A stretch of DNA of 64,000 nucleotides from Nitrospirales bacterium (GTDB lineage: Bacteria; Nitrospirota; Nitrospiria; Nitrospirales; UBA8639), in the NCBI GenBank assembly GCA_963555755.3, contig OY820905.2, forward strand, positions 3,168,001 through 3,232,000, given 5' to 3'. Shown piece after piece: positions 40,288 to 51,580 of the stretch. The notes under the pieces are model-generated. The model was not told the DNA's origin. It saw only the letters and a program-made list of their open reading frames with translations, and made no database searches. A program made the position numbers and the translations under genes. The stretch's first letter is position 1, and the number at the start of each line of letters is the position of its first letter.

Positions 40288-40767
40288 ATGACACGTTTCT
40301 CACGCACGATTTTGCTACTCGCAGCCATGGCCATGCTAGCCACGTCGGCCCTAGCCCAGAATTTTGGGGACTCCAAACTGGAGATTTTGGCAGAAAAACT
40401 TAAAGCGGATAAAAAACTGGTCGTTGCCATGAATATGGATTTGAATAGTTTTGAAGCCAAGAAGTTTTGGCCATTGTACGAAGCCTATCAAGTCCAACTC
40501 CAAGAAGTGAACGTGGAGATCGGCAGAATAATAGGGGAATATGCCAATGCTTACAATAAAGGGCCGGTCCCCAATCCCCTGGCCAAAAAGCTAATAAAGG
40601 CTATCCTCGCAACCGAGGTCAAAGAAGTGAAAATCAAAATTGACAATTATCGAGCCGTCCAGGCGGTATTACCTGCGGTAAAAGTTGCGCGGTACATGCA
40701 GATCGAAAGCAAAATCCGGGCTATTGAAAAATTTGGAATTGCCAGCGAAGTCCCTTTAATCTATTAA
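40288..40767 (+). CDS. Small secreted helical protein of unknown function
   Basis: RBS, signal peptide ending ALA, EAKKFWPLYEAYQ motif. Confidence 0.75.
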   Translation: MTRFSRTILLLAAMAMLATSALAQNFGDSKLEILAEKLKADKKLVVAMNMDLNSFEAKKFWPLYEAYQVQLQEVNVEIGRIIGEYANAYNKGPVPNPLAKKLIKAILATEVKEVKIKIDNYRAVQAVLPAVKVARYMQIESKIRAIEKFGIASEVPLIY

Positions 40768-41134
40768 GTTCCAAATCCATCATCCCTATACAGTGGGTCG
40801 GTGGAATGCCACATTTTTCTAATTTTTCTATTGAGTGGCCTCACCGCCTTGTCCCTTCTATTCATTCACCCCGTATAGTCAAAAAACTTATCCAACCTTG
40901 CGGCATCTGAAAAATTAAAATATTTCAATGCGGATGAATTAATGGATGGGACAGGGGGCGTAAATGCCTTCCTTCGAAGAAATTGAGAAAATGGGGCCAA
41001 ATCTTTTTGGTTCCAAAAGATAGTCTTGACACGGTACTATACGATCATGGCCGTAGATGAATAACACAAGCCTGCTTCTATAGAAAGAACGGAATGAGAT
41101 TTTTCGCCTCCATCCTCGCCTAGGGATCATCAGC

Positions 41135-42496
41135 ATGGAAACCGCTTTGTTTTACGACCGTCTTCAGTTTGCGTTCACGATCACGTTCCACTATCTCTTT
41201 CCTCAACTGACGATGGGTTTGGCTTTGTTAATTCTGTACTTGAAAAGCCGTGCACTCTGGACCAATGACGAACACTTCAACAATGCAGCCAGGTTCTGGA
41301 TTAAGATTTTTGCCCTGAGTTTTGCCTTTGGAGTGGTGACTGGAATTCCGATGGAATTCCAGTTCGGGACCAATTGGGCGAAATTTTCAGAGTTGACTGG
41401 AGGTGTTATCGGCCAAACCCTGGCCATGGAAGGCCTGTTCGCCTTTTTTCTTGAATCGTCGTTTCTTGGATTCCTGTTGTTTGGAGAAAAAAAGTTTGGT
41501 CCACGAGTCCACTGGATGGCATCCCTGATGTTGTTTCTGGGTTCTTGGCTCTCTGGTTATTTCATTATGGCCACCAATGCATGGATGCAGCATCCTGTGG
41601 CGTTTACGGTCACTGAGGATGGAATTTTTCACGTAACGAGTCTGTGGGGCCTCCTCACAAATTCATGGTTGGTCTGGCAATATTTACATAACATGACGGC
41701 TGCCGTTGCCACAGGCTCATTTGTCATGGCCGGCGTGGGTGCCTTTTATCTCCTCTCCAATCGGCATACAGATTATGCGAAGACATTTTTGCGGACTGGT
41801 GTGACGGCTGGAGCGATAGCCAGCCTTCTGCTTGTGTTCCCAACGGGCCATGAAAATGCCAAGCAAGTTTTTGAACATCAACCCGCCACTGGCGCTGCGT
41901 TTGAAGGTCTCTTTCAGACGGAGCGTGGAGCCGGCATGATCCTTGTTGGGCAGCCTAATATGGAAACCCTGACCATTGATAATCCTATCACAATCCCCTG
42001 GGGCTTAAGTCTATTAGTGTACGACGAGCTTTGGGCGGAGGTGAAAGGGTTGGATGCCTTTCCTCGAGACGAATGGCCCGACAATATTCCACTTTTGTAT
42101 TACAGCTACCACATCATGGCAGGACTGGGAACGATATTTATAGCCATTATGGTTCCCGCTATGCTCTTGCTATGGCATGGGAAACTCTTCAAAGCCAAAC
42201 TGGTCCTGTGGGGCATTTTGTTGATTACCCCGTTTCCGTATATTGCCACAACAGCCGGTTGGATGACGGCGGAATTGGGACGGCAGCCCTGGCTGGTTTA
42301 TGGTTTGTTGCGGACATCGGAGGGCATCTCGCCACTGGTTCACTCTGGCAATGTGCTCTTCACACTTATAGGGTTTGTCGGAATGTATTTTCTCCTAGGA
42401 ATTCTCTTCTTATTCATGTTTGCTGAAACGGTCTCTCACGGACCAGAACCGCGGAACGCTGGAGGCGAAGCACCCGTGGTGCATTCGCCGTATTAG
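41135..42496 (+). CDS. cydA: Cytochrome bd ubiquinol oxidase subunit I
   Basis: RLQFAFTITFHYLF, GVVTGIPMEFQFGTNW, NAWMQHP, ELGRQPW. Confidence 0.95.
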   Translation: METALFYDRLQFAFTITFHYLFPQLTMGLALLILYLKSRALWTNDEHFNNAARFWIKIFALSFAFGVVTGIPMEFQFGTNWAKFSELTGGVIGQTLAMEGLFAFFLESSFLGFLLFGEKKFGPRVHWMASLMLFLGSWLSGYFIMATNAWMQHPVAFTVTEDGIFHVTSLWGLLTNSWLVWQYLHNMTAAVATGSFVMAGVGAFYLLSNRHTDYAKTFLRTGVTAGAIASLLLVFPTGHENAKQVFEHQPATGAAFEGLFQTERGAGMILVGQPNMETLTIDNPITIPWGLSLLVYDELWAEVKGLDAFPRDEWPDNIPLLYYSYHIMAGLGTIFIAIMVPAMLLLWHGKLFKAKLVLWGILLITPFPYIATTAGWMTAELGRQPWLVYGLLRTSEGISPLVHSGNVLFTLIGFVGMYFLLGILFLFMFAETVSHGPEPRNAGGEAPVVHSPY

Positions 42497-42510
42497 GAGG
42501 GGCTCTGTTC

Positions 42511-43557
42511 ATGGAGACATTTTGGTTTGTGGCCGTTGCGCTGATGCTGGCGGTTTATATTGTGCTGGATGGATTCGATTTTGGCACAGGTATCATCTAT
42601 ATGTTCGTGGCAAAGACCGATGAGGAACGTCGTCTCACCCTGAATGCCATCGGGCCCGTGTGGAATGGAAACGAGGTGTGGTTGATTGCTGGTGGCGGTT
42701 TGTTGTTTTTTGCCTTTCCCAAAGCCTATGCATCAGGGTTTAGCGGCTTTTACTTGGCACTCATTCTCGTATTGTGGTTGTTGATGTTGCGTGGAATAGC
42801 GATTGAACTCCGATCTCATTTGGATCACCCTCTGTGGCGACCGTTGTGGGATGTCACATTTTCGGTTTCCAGCCTTCTGTTAGCGGTGGTTTTTGGCGCT
42901 GCGGTTGGCAATTTGGTTCGCGGGGTCCCCCTGAACATGGAGGGCTATTTCCATACCCCATTTTGGACGTCGTTTTTGCCAGGGTCTGAACCAGGTATTT
43001 TAGATCTGTATACCGTCTCAACGGGGATCTTAAGCGCCACCGTCCTGAGTATTCATGGAGCGTATTACCTGGCGATGAAAACCGAAGGGGATCTCCACCA
43101 ACGGGCGCATCGATTTGCGAAGGTAGGCGGGTGGGCGCTGATCCCTATCATCCTCCTGAATCTTCTTTCTCTTAAGAATGTCCAGCCGATCCTAAGTGCG
43201 AATTACTCTGCGTACCCAATAGGGTATACGATTCCTCTTGCGGCAGCTGTGGCGTTGGGACTCATGCTATATTTTTGCCAGAAAGGTCGGGATACTGCTG
43301 CATTCTTTGCTTCGTGCCTTTTTATTTTGGCTGGCATTGGGATCACCGCCTGGGGCTACTATCCTAATCTACTGATTTCGACGACAAACCAGAGTTATAA
43401 CCTGACAATTTATAATTCCGCTACGTCCGCCTATGGGTTACAGGTGGGACTCATTTGGTTCGGTATAGGCTTTCCCTTGGTGCTTGCCTACACTATGTTC
43501 ATGTACCGATCCTTCAGGGGAAAGGTGACGCCGGTCTCCCTCCACGAGTCTTATTAG
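42511..43557 (+). CDS. cydB: Cytochrome bd ubiquinol oxidase subunit II
   Basis: VLDGFDFG, IGPVWNGNEVWL. Confidence 0.95.
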   Translation: METFWFVAVALMLAVYIVLDGFDFGTGIIYMFVAKTDEERRLTLNAIGPVWNGNEVWLIAGGGLLFFAFPKAYASGFSGFYLALILVLWLLMLRGIAIELRSHLDHPLWRPLWDVTFSVSSLLLAVVFGAAVGNLVRGVPLNMEGYFHTPFWTSFLPGSEPGILDLYTVSTGILSATVLSIHGAYYLAMKTEGDLHQRAHRFAKVGGWALIPIILLNLLSLKNVQPILSANYSAYPIGYTIPLAAAVALGLMLYFCQKGRDTAAFFASCLFILAGIGITAWGYYPNLLISTTNQSYNLTIYNSATSAYGLQVGLIWFGIGFPLVLAYTMFMYRSFRGKVTPVSLHESY

Positions 43558-43786
43558 AAAGAAAGGGAAAATGAGGTCAAGTCTGCGGCCTTGCTGGTTA
43601 GACCCTTCGGAAAGACTCAGGGCATGCTTTTTTGAACATTCCCTCTCACTGATGTTGGTCGTCTGTCCTGGCGAATTGTGTGCTCAGGGTGGAATTTTCG
43701 TTAAGTTAACAATGCCGACGGCAGCAAGTCCTTCGGGCCTTAACCCCTATCCTGAACAGATTTCTCATTTTTCCATGCAACCCTTG

Positions 43787-44803
43787 CTACGATTCTAGCC
43801 ATTGCGGGTTCGACTTCACTTGCCCTTCCAATTCCTTTAGATGAAGCAAGAGACTTCCCACCTGTTGATACACATGAGAGGGCAATGTCAGACCAGGGGG
43901 AGCAGGTTTCTGTGGTGGATCGATCTGTGGGCTTGTGGCAAAAAGGTAGGCCAACTCAGATACCACTAAAGAAGCTAAGTCATACACTTCGTTGGGTTGA
44001 ATTCTTGTTGTATCCGGATTTTTAAGAGCCAATTGCAATATTTTGAGTTTGGAATGTTGGGCAATTGTTGACAGTATCGTATGACAATCAATGAGGTGCA
44101 TATACACATCACCTGGACGCCGACCTCTCTCAAAAGGCGGCATAGGGAAATTGTCAATGGCCTGAGGAAATTGTTGGAGAAGGCGTTGTGTGTACAAAAG
44201 GGCCAAGCTCAATTGTCTAGAGACATCACGCGGAGAAAAATGCTGATTCACCATCACGTTCAGTTGCTGATTCGCCAGCCCAATCGAAAAAAAGACATGA
44301 GAAGGTGTGGCGGAAGAATTGGGGAGCCCCTCCGAATTCATGAGAGTGACCCCTAAACGTTTTTTCAGAAATCGAAGGCGTTCCAGTGCCGCAGTGACAA
44401 CCTGAAACACGTGAGCAGGTTGAATGTTGTGGGGGGTCGCAAGCTCTAAGGGAACACTTTCTTCTCCGGTGACCTCTACGACAACGCGATCCGCTTTCCG
44501 GTAAAGGGATCGAGCCTGAAAAAAGACTTCATGGGGGGCGGCATTTTGGACCACCATTTCAATATCTATAATTTTTGGTCTTCCCATCTCAAATCGGATG
44601 TCATCGAGTTCTTTTCGAAGCAATTCGACCCGAGTCAAGACATTTGCCGGGAGGATCTCTTGGCTCGAGTCAACCGTTGCACTCACAAGCCGGGAAAAAT
44701 CAGATTGGATTTCTCCAACGGCGGGAGAAGAAACAGGCACACACATCAACCACAAGACGATGAACACACCAAATTTTTTAGGGGGAAAGTGTTGCACGGG
44801 CAA
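43787..44803 (-). CDS. Secreted helical repeat protein with eight PxxV motifs
   Basis: Paralog of 7663-8715 (IRFEMGRP, APHEVFFQA, PSHVY, NPQWL). Confidence 0.75.
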   Translation of the reverse strand: MPVQHFPPKKFGVFIVLWLMCVPVSSPAVGEIQSDFSRLVSATVDSSQEILPANVLTRVELLRKELDDIRFEMGRPKIIDIEMVVQNAAPHEVFFQARSLYRKADRVVVEVTGEESVPLELATPHNIQPAHVFQVVTAALERLRFLKKRLGVTLMNSEGLPNSSATPSHVFFSIGLANQQLNVMVNQHFSPRDVSRQLSLALLYTQRLLQQFPQAIDNFPMPPFERGRRPGDVYMHLIDCHTILSTIAQHSKLKILQLALKNPDTTRIQPNEVYDLASLVVSELAYLFATSPQIDPPQKPAPPGLTLPSHVYQQVGSLLLHLKELEGQVKSNPQWLES

Positions 44804-45148
44804 TCTCCTTCATAAGATATAATGCCACTTCAATATGATCGCATTCATGTCCCTTGTTGGAGTGACTCAACCGGAACCGCTCGATTATCTGGCATACACA
44901 GAAGAGGATGCAACGATGGAACAGAGACCTGTGGTGTCCTCATCGCAGCCTGAAAATCCCCCCAGGCCCCCTTTTTCAAAGGGGGGGAATGAGGGGACAC
45001 TTTCAAAAAAAGCACCCGCATGATTTCGCGAAGAGCCATATTTCCTGTTTGACGCCCTGGTTTTCCTGTTGTACCCTCACCGACCGGGCAGGCCGACACC
45101 GAACACATTTCACCGATCATGAACCCATTTAATCGGGGAGGAGAAAAG

Positions 45149-45367
45149 ATGATGAACACACGCTGGGCTCTTTGTATGTGTATTTTGGTAGGAGGCCTTT
45201 TGATTGGATGCTCAAACCCGGTGAAGCGCTCGGCCGATGCCCAAGCGGTCATTGATGAACAAAAGGCCGAAATTATGAAAGACTATCGGGCCTGTCTGAA
45301 AAAATACCAAAAACCGGAACTACATGCGGTGTGCGAGCGATATGATGCCATCATCAGTTCATTTTAA
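45149..45367 (+). CDS. Small lipoprotein
   Basis: RBS GGAG, lipobox LIGC, two further Cys. Confidence 0.6.
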   Translation: MMNTRWALCMCILVGGLLIGCSNPVKRSADAQAVIDEQKAEIMKDYRACLKKYQKPELHAVCERYDAIISSF

Positions 45368-45428
45368 GCCACTGACAGAGGGCTTCCCTCAGACTCATAT
45401 CTTACACGTCCAACAGAGGAGGTGGGGT

Positions 45429-45986
45429 ATGTTTGGAAAACTCGCAATAGCAATCTTGAGTATAATCGCCGTATTAGGAGGATGCGCGGAATCTATACAA
45501 GTCAATTCGGATTTTGATCCCTCGATAAATTTTTCCGAATTCCATACCTACAACTGGCTCCCTACCCCTCAAAAGACAACCGAAGGTCCAAGCAATTCAT
45601 TATTGGACTCTCGCTTTCGGGAAGCCGTCGAAAATCAATTGGCGCTCAGAGGATACGACAAGCAAACAACTGGATCACCCGACTTTTTAGTTAACTACCA
45701 TGTCGTCGTGAAGGGTGTTCTCGATGTGAGGACGATTCATGATACCTACGGCTATGGACGACGGTATCGGGGTGGCTGGGGGGGAGGCATGGGAACAAGT
45801 ACAACCTATGTGAGAGAGGCGCAGCAGGGGACAGTGTTTCTGGATTTTTTGAACCCACAGACCCAAGATCTCCTTTGGCGTGGGACGGCACAAAGCTACA
45901 TTGATCAATCACTCAAACCCGAAGAAAAAACAAAAAGAATCCATAAAGCTGTGGGTCTCATGCTCGCTCAATTCCCACCCAAGTAG
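45429..45986 (+). CDS. DUF4136-type lipoprotein
   Basis: Lipobox LGGC, DFDP, TYNW, PDFLVNY, GTVFLDF..LLWRGTA. Confidence 0.82.
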   Translation: MFGKLAIAILSIIAVLGGCAESIQVNSDFDPSINFSEFHTYNWLPTPQKTTEGPSNSLLDSRFREAVENQLALRGYDKQTTGSPDFLVNYHVVVKGVLDVRTIHDTYGYGRRYRGGWGGGMGTSTTYVREAQQGTVFLDFLNPQTQDLLWRGTAQSYIDQSLKPEEKTKRIHKAVGLMLAQFPPK

Positions 45987-46149
45987 GAATTCAATTGATC
46001 GAAAGACCTCGGTTGGAGCTGTCCATCATGCCCCCCGGTAGGTAGTGCGCATTCACTCCGTCGTCATTCCCGCGGACCCTGGCGCAAAGAATTCGAACCG
46101 CAAGCGAGACTGCATTTGAAGCTATTCTGTTAGAGACAACCATTCCGCC

Positions 46150-46979
46150 GGTATTGTCAACTTAACGACAGAAGGACGAATTGAACCCGGTAAGGCAAGC
46201 ATCTCATGCGCACACGACGTCCTGCCATACCTGCAACGATCGGGTCCCCAAAATCCGATAGTTCACTGCCTGCATGAGGTGGCGGCCGAGACGAAAGAGA
46301 TTTTGAGTGAGTCCATGGAGTGTCAGAAATGCTTGGGCCTGAGTCGATGAAGAAAAGCCTCGCATATGATACTCACGTTGCCGGGTCGGTTGATGCGCGA
46401 CTTCGGTGCGATTGTTGGCATAGACCGCATTGATGTGCTCGACTGTTGGCATCACTGTCCGATGCGCTGCATCATAGCTTTTGAGTTTATCCGTCATCAG
46501 CCAGCGCGGCTCACGGCCTTGGCCTTTCAGCAAGCGGCGAAAAAAGCGTTCGGCTGCTTTTTTGTTGCGTCGCCGTTGCACAAGAATATCAATGGTATCG
46601 CCGTCTTGATCCACGGCCCGCCACAGATACTGGCGTTCTCCTTGAATGGTGACAAAGACTTCGTCGAGGTACCAGGCGTCACCGAGGCGGCCTTGGCGTT
46701 TCTTGAGTTTCCGCGCATAGGCCGGTCCAAACTTCTTACACCATTGTCGGACGGTTTCATAGGTGACGGTGATGCCTCGTTCGGCGAGGAGTTCTTCCAC
46801 CTCACGGAAGCTGAGGCAGAAGCGATGATACAACCAGACGGCGTGACTGATAATTTCAGAGGGGAAGCGGTGACGTTGATAGCTGGGTGTTTTGGTATTC
46901 ATGAGGCCCAGTCTGCCAAACCTGAGTTAAATTGACAATACCAGAAAATCAGCTCAATTTGGCTTAAGTTGACAATACC
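46150..46979 (-). mobile_element. IS6-family insertion sequence with a duplicated end
   Basis: TIR GGTATTGTCAACTTAA at 46150; two inverted copies ending at 46942 and 46979. Confidence 0.88.
46204..46902 (-). CDS. IS6-family transposase
   Basis: RHRFPSEII..AVWLY, WYLDEVFV, YLWRAVD, TDKLKSY, NNRTE. Confidence 0.93.
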   Translation of the reverse strand: MNTKTPSYQRHRFPSEIISHAVWLYHRFCLSFREVEELLAERGITVTYETVRQWCKKFGPAYARKLKKRQGRLGDAWYLDEVFVTIQGERQYLWRAVDQDGDTIDILVQRRRNKKAAERFFRRLLKGQGREPRWLMTDKLKSYDAAHRTVMPTVEHINAVYANNRTEVAHQPTRQREYHMRGFSSSTQAQAFLTLHGLTQNLFRLGRHLMQAVNYRILGTRSLQVWQDVVCA

Positions 46980-46980
46980 A

Positions 46981-47205
46981 TTGGAAGGGCATGTGAAGTC
47001 GAATCCGCAATGGCTACAATCGTAGCAAGGGTTGGGTTGAGAAACTGAGAAAGCTGGTCAGGATAGGGGTTAAGGCCCGAAGGGCTTCCTGCCATCGGTA
47101 TTGTCAACTTAACGAAAATTCCACCCTAAGCACACAATTCGCCAGGACAGACGACCAACATCAGTGGGAGGGAATGTTCAAAAAAGTCCGTCCAGCAAGG
47201 CCGCA
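46981..47205 (+). repeat. Inverted duplicate of ~43585-43830 (3' end of the PxxV repeat gene plus downstream repeats)
   Basis: LEGHVKSNPQWLQS* versus LEGQVKSNPQWLES*, with collinear downstream sequence. Confidence 0.8.
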
Positions 47206-47291
47206 GCCCTTTTGACGCGCGGAGCGTACTCTCAGTACGTGAGCACGGCAAAATGGCGAGAACGCCGCTGGCGGCTTTTTTCAACATTCCC
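47170..47291. mobile_element. Plain 122-bp MITE (reference copy of the GGGAATGTT family)
   Basis: TIR GGGAATGTT(C/G)AAAAAAG; no hairpin inserts. Confidence 0.8.
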
Positions 47292-47615
47292 AAAAAGCCT
47301 AATGAATGGCCTGATCTATCCTCCCAGGACCTGAAAAAGATCGTATTGGCACCCGATCTGAAAAGCCGTCAACTTAATTTCACCAATTCCAGTAGGGCCT
47401 GGAATGCTTACTGGTAAAAGTCTAGAATTCTCCACAGTTAACAGTTTTTTGGGGGTCTGCGATCGGTAAAAAATGCGTCATGATGGATTCTGAATGGAAA
47501 AATAGAGGACTAGACGAGACTCTTGAAACGATCCCCTTCGACGGTTCTTGAAATCAATGTGTTCTCATTTTTAGGAGTAGTATTCCCAACAGGAAAAAAG
47601 GAGGATTTTTCTATG

Positions 47616-49467
47616 TAGTGTCTGAGAGAAAACGCCGTTTTTTTCGGGCATGGTCCGAGATATTTTTTCAATACCTCTCTCAGGCATCCTCTCTCGTGCT
47701 TACAAACGTCTTTTTTCGTGCTCCCTTCGTGCCAGGTCCTGGGTGAGAGCCCTTCCCTGAACGTTGCCGTCGATTTGTGAGAGAGGTCTCCCTCGGTGGG
47801 AAGATTCTTTCCGGCAACTGGCGGCGCTAAGCGGCTTGCTGGAGTCGTGGCTGGCGGCGGCGGTCGTGTGCCAACAGCCGGTGACCGATCTTGTGGAGGT
47901 TGTACGCCAAGATCCCAAACCCGACGTAGCGCTGAAACCCCACCCACCCTTTGTCGGGGCAGCGATTCAACCCATGGTGTTCCAAGGCATTGATGTCCGA
48001 TTCGATCCCACTGTGCTGCTGTCGTAAGCGGCGAAAGGTCTTCTGCGTTTCCCGGGCCTGATCGGCTTGGGAGTGCCGTCCCTTTTTCGGCATGATGACC
48101 TCGGGGATAAACAGCTCTAAGAGTTCCCGATCCGCTTGGGCGCTGAACCCCTTATCCACACTCCAACTCTGGAGGCACCCTTCGCCAAACCGAGCCAGCC
48201 GCCGATCGGCTAAGGGCAGAGTTTCCTTGACGTCACGGCTTTGGTCCATGACCGTATAATCCAGAACCAAGCTATATTGATCCGTAGTGATGAGCAATTT
48301 ATGGCCAAGTTCCACCGCTGGGGAGACTTTCCCCTTGTTGATCCATTCGGTATGCGGTTCAAACAGTGAAAAGAGTTTGTCGGCATGGGGAATCGTTTCC
48401 CCCTGCAGCACCCGCCGGTCGATGAGATCCAGGTGCTTGATGAGCATCTCGTGATAATACTCCCCCTCGGCCAGGATCCCTTGCTCCAGCAGGGAGAAGG
48501 CCTGGGGCCGAAGAGCCAGCAGACTGGCAAAAACTTTCTGCTCCAGCGCGTAGGCTTTCTGCAGATAGGCCGTGACCGCTGCGTCGAGCCGCTCGCGCTT
48601 CTTGGCTCCGCCGCCATGGTGAATCGTCCCACAGACCCGGAGTAACGTCTTGAGCTGCTTCCGCCACGTGTAGGCCTTGCGCCACCCCGAGTGCTCCAGG
48701 TGCTGAGCCAGACGCGGGAGCAAGACCAGACATTTCCGACAGGCATCCCACAGCAGATTCAAATCCGTGGGGAAATGGACGTTGGTCTCAAGCACGTAGG
48801 TATCACTTTTGGCGTGAATGGGCTCGTCGTCTTTTTTTTTAAACAGCGGCCGCCCGGCCTGGACCACACTAGCATTGATGGCCGCCAATAAGGCCTCGTC
48901 GACGTGGCAGACAGTCTCACTCAACGTCTTTTGATGAAACCCTTTCCCAAACTCTCCACGGAAGTGGGACTCCAAACCCATGATGCGCCGGAGTCATGTG
49001 TCATAGTGAACCAGGTATTCCACCCGGTCATAGTCACAATCCAAGGCGAGGCGGACGACGCCCAGTACCAGAACATGCCAGAGGTCCATCCCCGGCCGTC
49101 CTGTCGCCGGCTTCTTCGTCCCCTGGATCTTCTGTTCCAGCACGGCAAAGATTTGCTCATTGACGTCGGGGGTCTGAAAAATCCACTGGAGCCCCCGCAA
49201 CACCGGCGGCAATTCATCTCGACTCTTCGGGGGAATGGGCACTTCCTCAATTGGGGTCTGCCCTAAGTCCAACTGCCGTTCAAATCGTTGCCGCATCGTC
49301 TCGATCCTCCCTCAACCAACACTGTGCACTCGGTGAATGTTGAGGCAGTTTACACGAAAAACAGGCTGTTTTCAGGGATTTCTCTCACATACCGTGAAAG
49401 ATTCACAACCCAAAAACCGAGAAAACCCGCGTCACGCTTAGGCAATCCTGTTTTCTCTCAGACACTA
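47616..49467 (-). mobile_element. ISNCY/IS5-like insertion sequence
   Basis: TIR TAGTGTCTGAGAGAAAAC at both ends. Confidence 0.8.
47827..49296 (-). pseudogene. DDE transposase frameshifted near 48995
   Basis: GRPGMDLW in the first ORF; DTYVLETNVHFPTD, SVDKGF and IESDINALE in the second. Confidence 0.8.
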
Positions 49468-49502
49468 GGTATTATTTCAGGTTCAACCAAACGCGCCTTC
49501 CA

Positions 49503-51284
49503 TTGGTCGGTTTGCTCTGCGTTATCCATTCTATGGTCGGTGTGTTTGTCCCCTTCCAGAATGATGCTGCTCAGGCTCAACCAACCCTTAAACAAATGAT
49601 GGAAAGCGAGGCCCTCCAAAAAACCGACGTAGTAGAAAAAGAAATGGAAAAGGGAATCCCTAGGGATGAATACAATCGAGGGACACCCCAATCTACGGTG
49701 AAAGCTTTCTTTCAAGCCGTCGAGACCAGAAACTTTGAACGAGCGGCTCAGCACCTGGACCTCAGAAATTTATCAGACTCGGTTGCCACCCTTCCCGAGG
49801 AAGAGCTCGCCCGACAATTAAAAGTGATTCTTTCCCGAACTTTTTGGGTGGATATCGAAGCCCTCAGCAATGCTCCAGAGGGTCATTTGGAAGACGGACT
49901 CCCTTCTTACCGTGACCTCGTGGGAAAGATCAAGACACAGGAACGAACCTATGATGTTCTGCTTCAGAAAGTACCACGGGGAGACGGTGAATTTATTTGG
50001 AAATTTTCCAACAAAACCGTTGAGCAAATTCCCCAACTCTATTTGTTGTTTGGCCATGGGATGCTGGATGAAATTTTCCCCCACTGGGTCTTTGATGTAA
50101 AAATTCTCAAGATCTATGTGTGGGAATGGGTGGCAATGGCGCTTATTGTCGGAGCATCCTATCTCCTTTTACTTGCCGTGCTGAATCCCATAGCCATGCT
50201 GTTGCGAAAAAGGGACACGGCCTTAACGACAGAGTTGGTTAAATATTTCCATGGGCCGTTGCATCTTCTCGGGTGGCTTCTGCTGAGTCGCTATTTGTTC
50301 CTCGAATTAAATCCATCCGTGGTGGCTGAATCAGCTGTCCAAGCCGGGACTTTAGTGCTCATCGTTTTTATTTGGACTGTTATGAGAATCATTGAATTTT
50401 CGACCGGGCGCATTCTGAAGGGAGTGAAATATACCAGCATTGGTGTAAAAGTATTCATCAATCCCATTGGTAATGCTCTCAAAACCATTCTTATTGTTGC
50501 CGCGCTTATTTTTTGGCTCGACAATCTGGGATTCGAGGTCACGACCCTTTTGACGGGACTGGGTATTGGGGGTATTGCCCTTGCCCTGGCCGCCCAAAAA
50601 ACCCTGGAAAACTTCATTGGTGCGATTACCCTCTTTACCTCCCAGCCCGTGAAAGTGGGCGATTTTTGTCGATTTGACGACCGTTATGGCACTGTGGAGG
50701 AAATCGGACTTCGGTCTACGACTTTGCGAACAAATGATTCCACCCTCATCGTCATTCCGAACGGGGAATTTTCCAGCAAGCCCATTGAAAATTATTCCAG
50801 CCGGGAACACATGTGGTACCACCCCAAGATCCATCTGCGGTATGAAACCACACCCGACCAGTTGCGTTTTATATTAGTTGAAATTCGGAAAATGTTTTAT
50901 TCTCATCCGAAGGTTTCTCCCAAACCAGCCCGAATCCGGTTCTCCGAATTCGGTGATTATTCCCTTAACCTCGACGTCTTTGCCTTCGTGGATGCGAGGA
51001 ATCAAGATGAATATTCCAGAATTGAAGAAGATTTACATTTCCGTATTATGGATATTGTTACGGAAGCGGGTTCCCAATTTGCCTTCCCTTCCCAAACCTT
51101 ATATCTCCAGCGCCAACAAGGATTCGATCAAAAACGGGGTCAGGAAGTCGAGGAACGGGTCAGAGGTTGGCGAGCGGAAAAATCTTTATTTATGCCTGAA
51201 TTCCCTCAAAAAAAAATAGAAAAACTTAAAGGGTCCCTAACCTATCCCCCCCTGGGATCCCCTGATTCGCCTGCGTATCCTTAG
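49503..51284 (+). CDS. MscS-family mechanosensitive channel with a periplasmic N-domain
   Basis: GLGIGGIALALAAQ, PVKVGD, GTVEEIGLRST, IPN, FAFPSQT; start uncertain because an IS lies just upstream. Confidence 0.9.
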   Translation: MVGLLCVIHSMVGVFVPFQNDAAQAQPTLKQMMESEALQKTDVVEKEMEKGIPRDEYNRGTPQSTVKAFFQAVETRNFERAAQHLDLRNLSDSVATLPEEELARQLKVILSRTFWVDIEALSNAPEGHLEDGLPSYRDLVGKIKTQERTYDVLLQKVPRGDGEFIWKFSNKTVEQIPQLYLLFGHGMLDEIFPHWVFDVKILKIYVWEWVAMALIVGASYLLLLAVLNPIAMLLRKRDTALTTELVKYFHGPLHLLGWLLLSRYLFLELNPSVVAESAVQAGTLVLIVFIWTVMRIIEFSTGRILKGVKYTSIGVKVFINPIGNALKTILIVAALIFWLDNLGFEVTTLLTGLGIGGIALALAAQKTLENFIGAITLFTSQPVKVGDFCRFDDRYGTVEEIGLRSTTLRTNDSTLIVIPNGEFSSKPIENYSSREHMWYHPKIHLRYETTPDQLRFILVEIRKMFYSHPKVSPKPARIRFSEFGDYSLNLDVFAFVDARNQDEYSRIEEDLHFRIMDIVTEAGSQFAFPSQTLYLQRQQGFDQKRGQEVEERVRGWRAEKSLFMPEFPQKKIEKLKGSLTYPPLGSPDSPAYP

Positions 51285-51580
51285 AATTTTAACCTGATGG
51301 GAAAGGGGATCAACCGCAATTTTGGTGGAGGGCAGAAAAGGCTGAGTGGTCATCACGAAATGGATGGAGGCCTCTGGTTACCCCCCCCTTTCGCAAAGGG
51401 GGGCATGGGGGGATTTTCCAAAGGGGGAGGTAAAGCCGCAGCCTTAATAATCAGTGTGGAGTTTATCGAGTAAAACGATTCCAGCAAGAGTTGATTGCGG
51501 TGAATCACAGTACCGGGAAATTGGCTTTGCTGATCCTCGTCGTATTAGATGACTTTTTGCGAAAAAAAGGCAAAAACGCC

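Noticed and set aside
46366..46935. 189-aa plus-strand ORF
   Set aside because: Antisense shadow of the IS6 transposase
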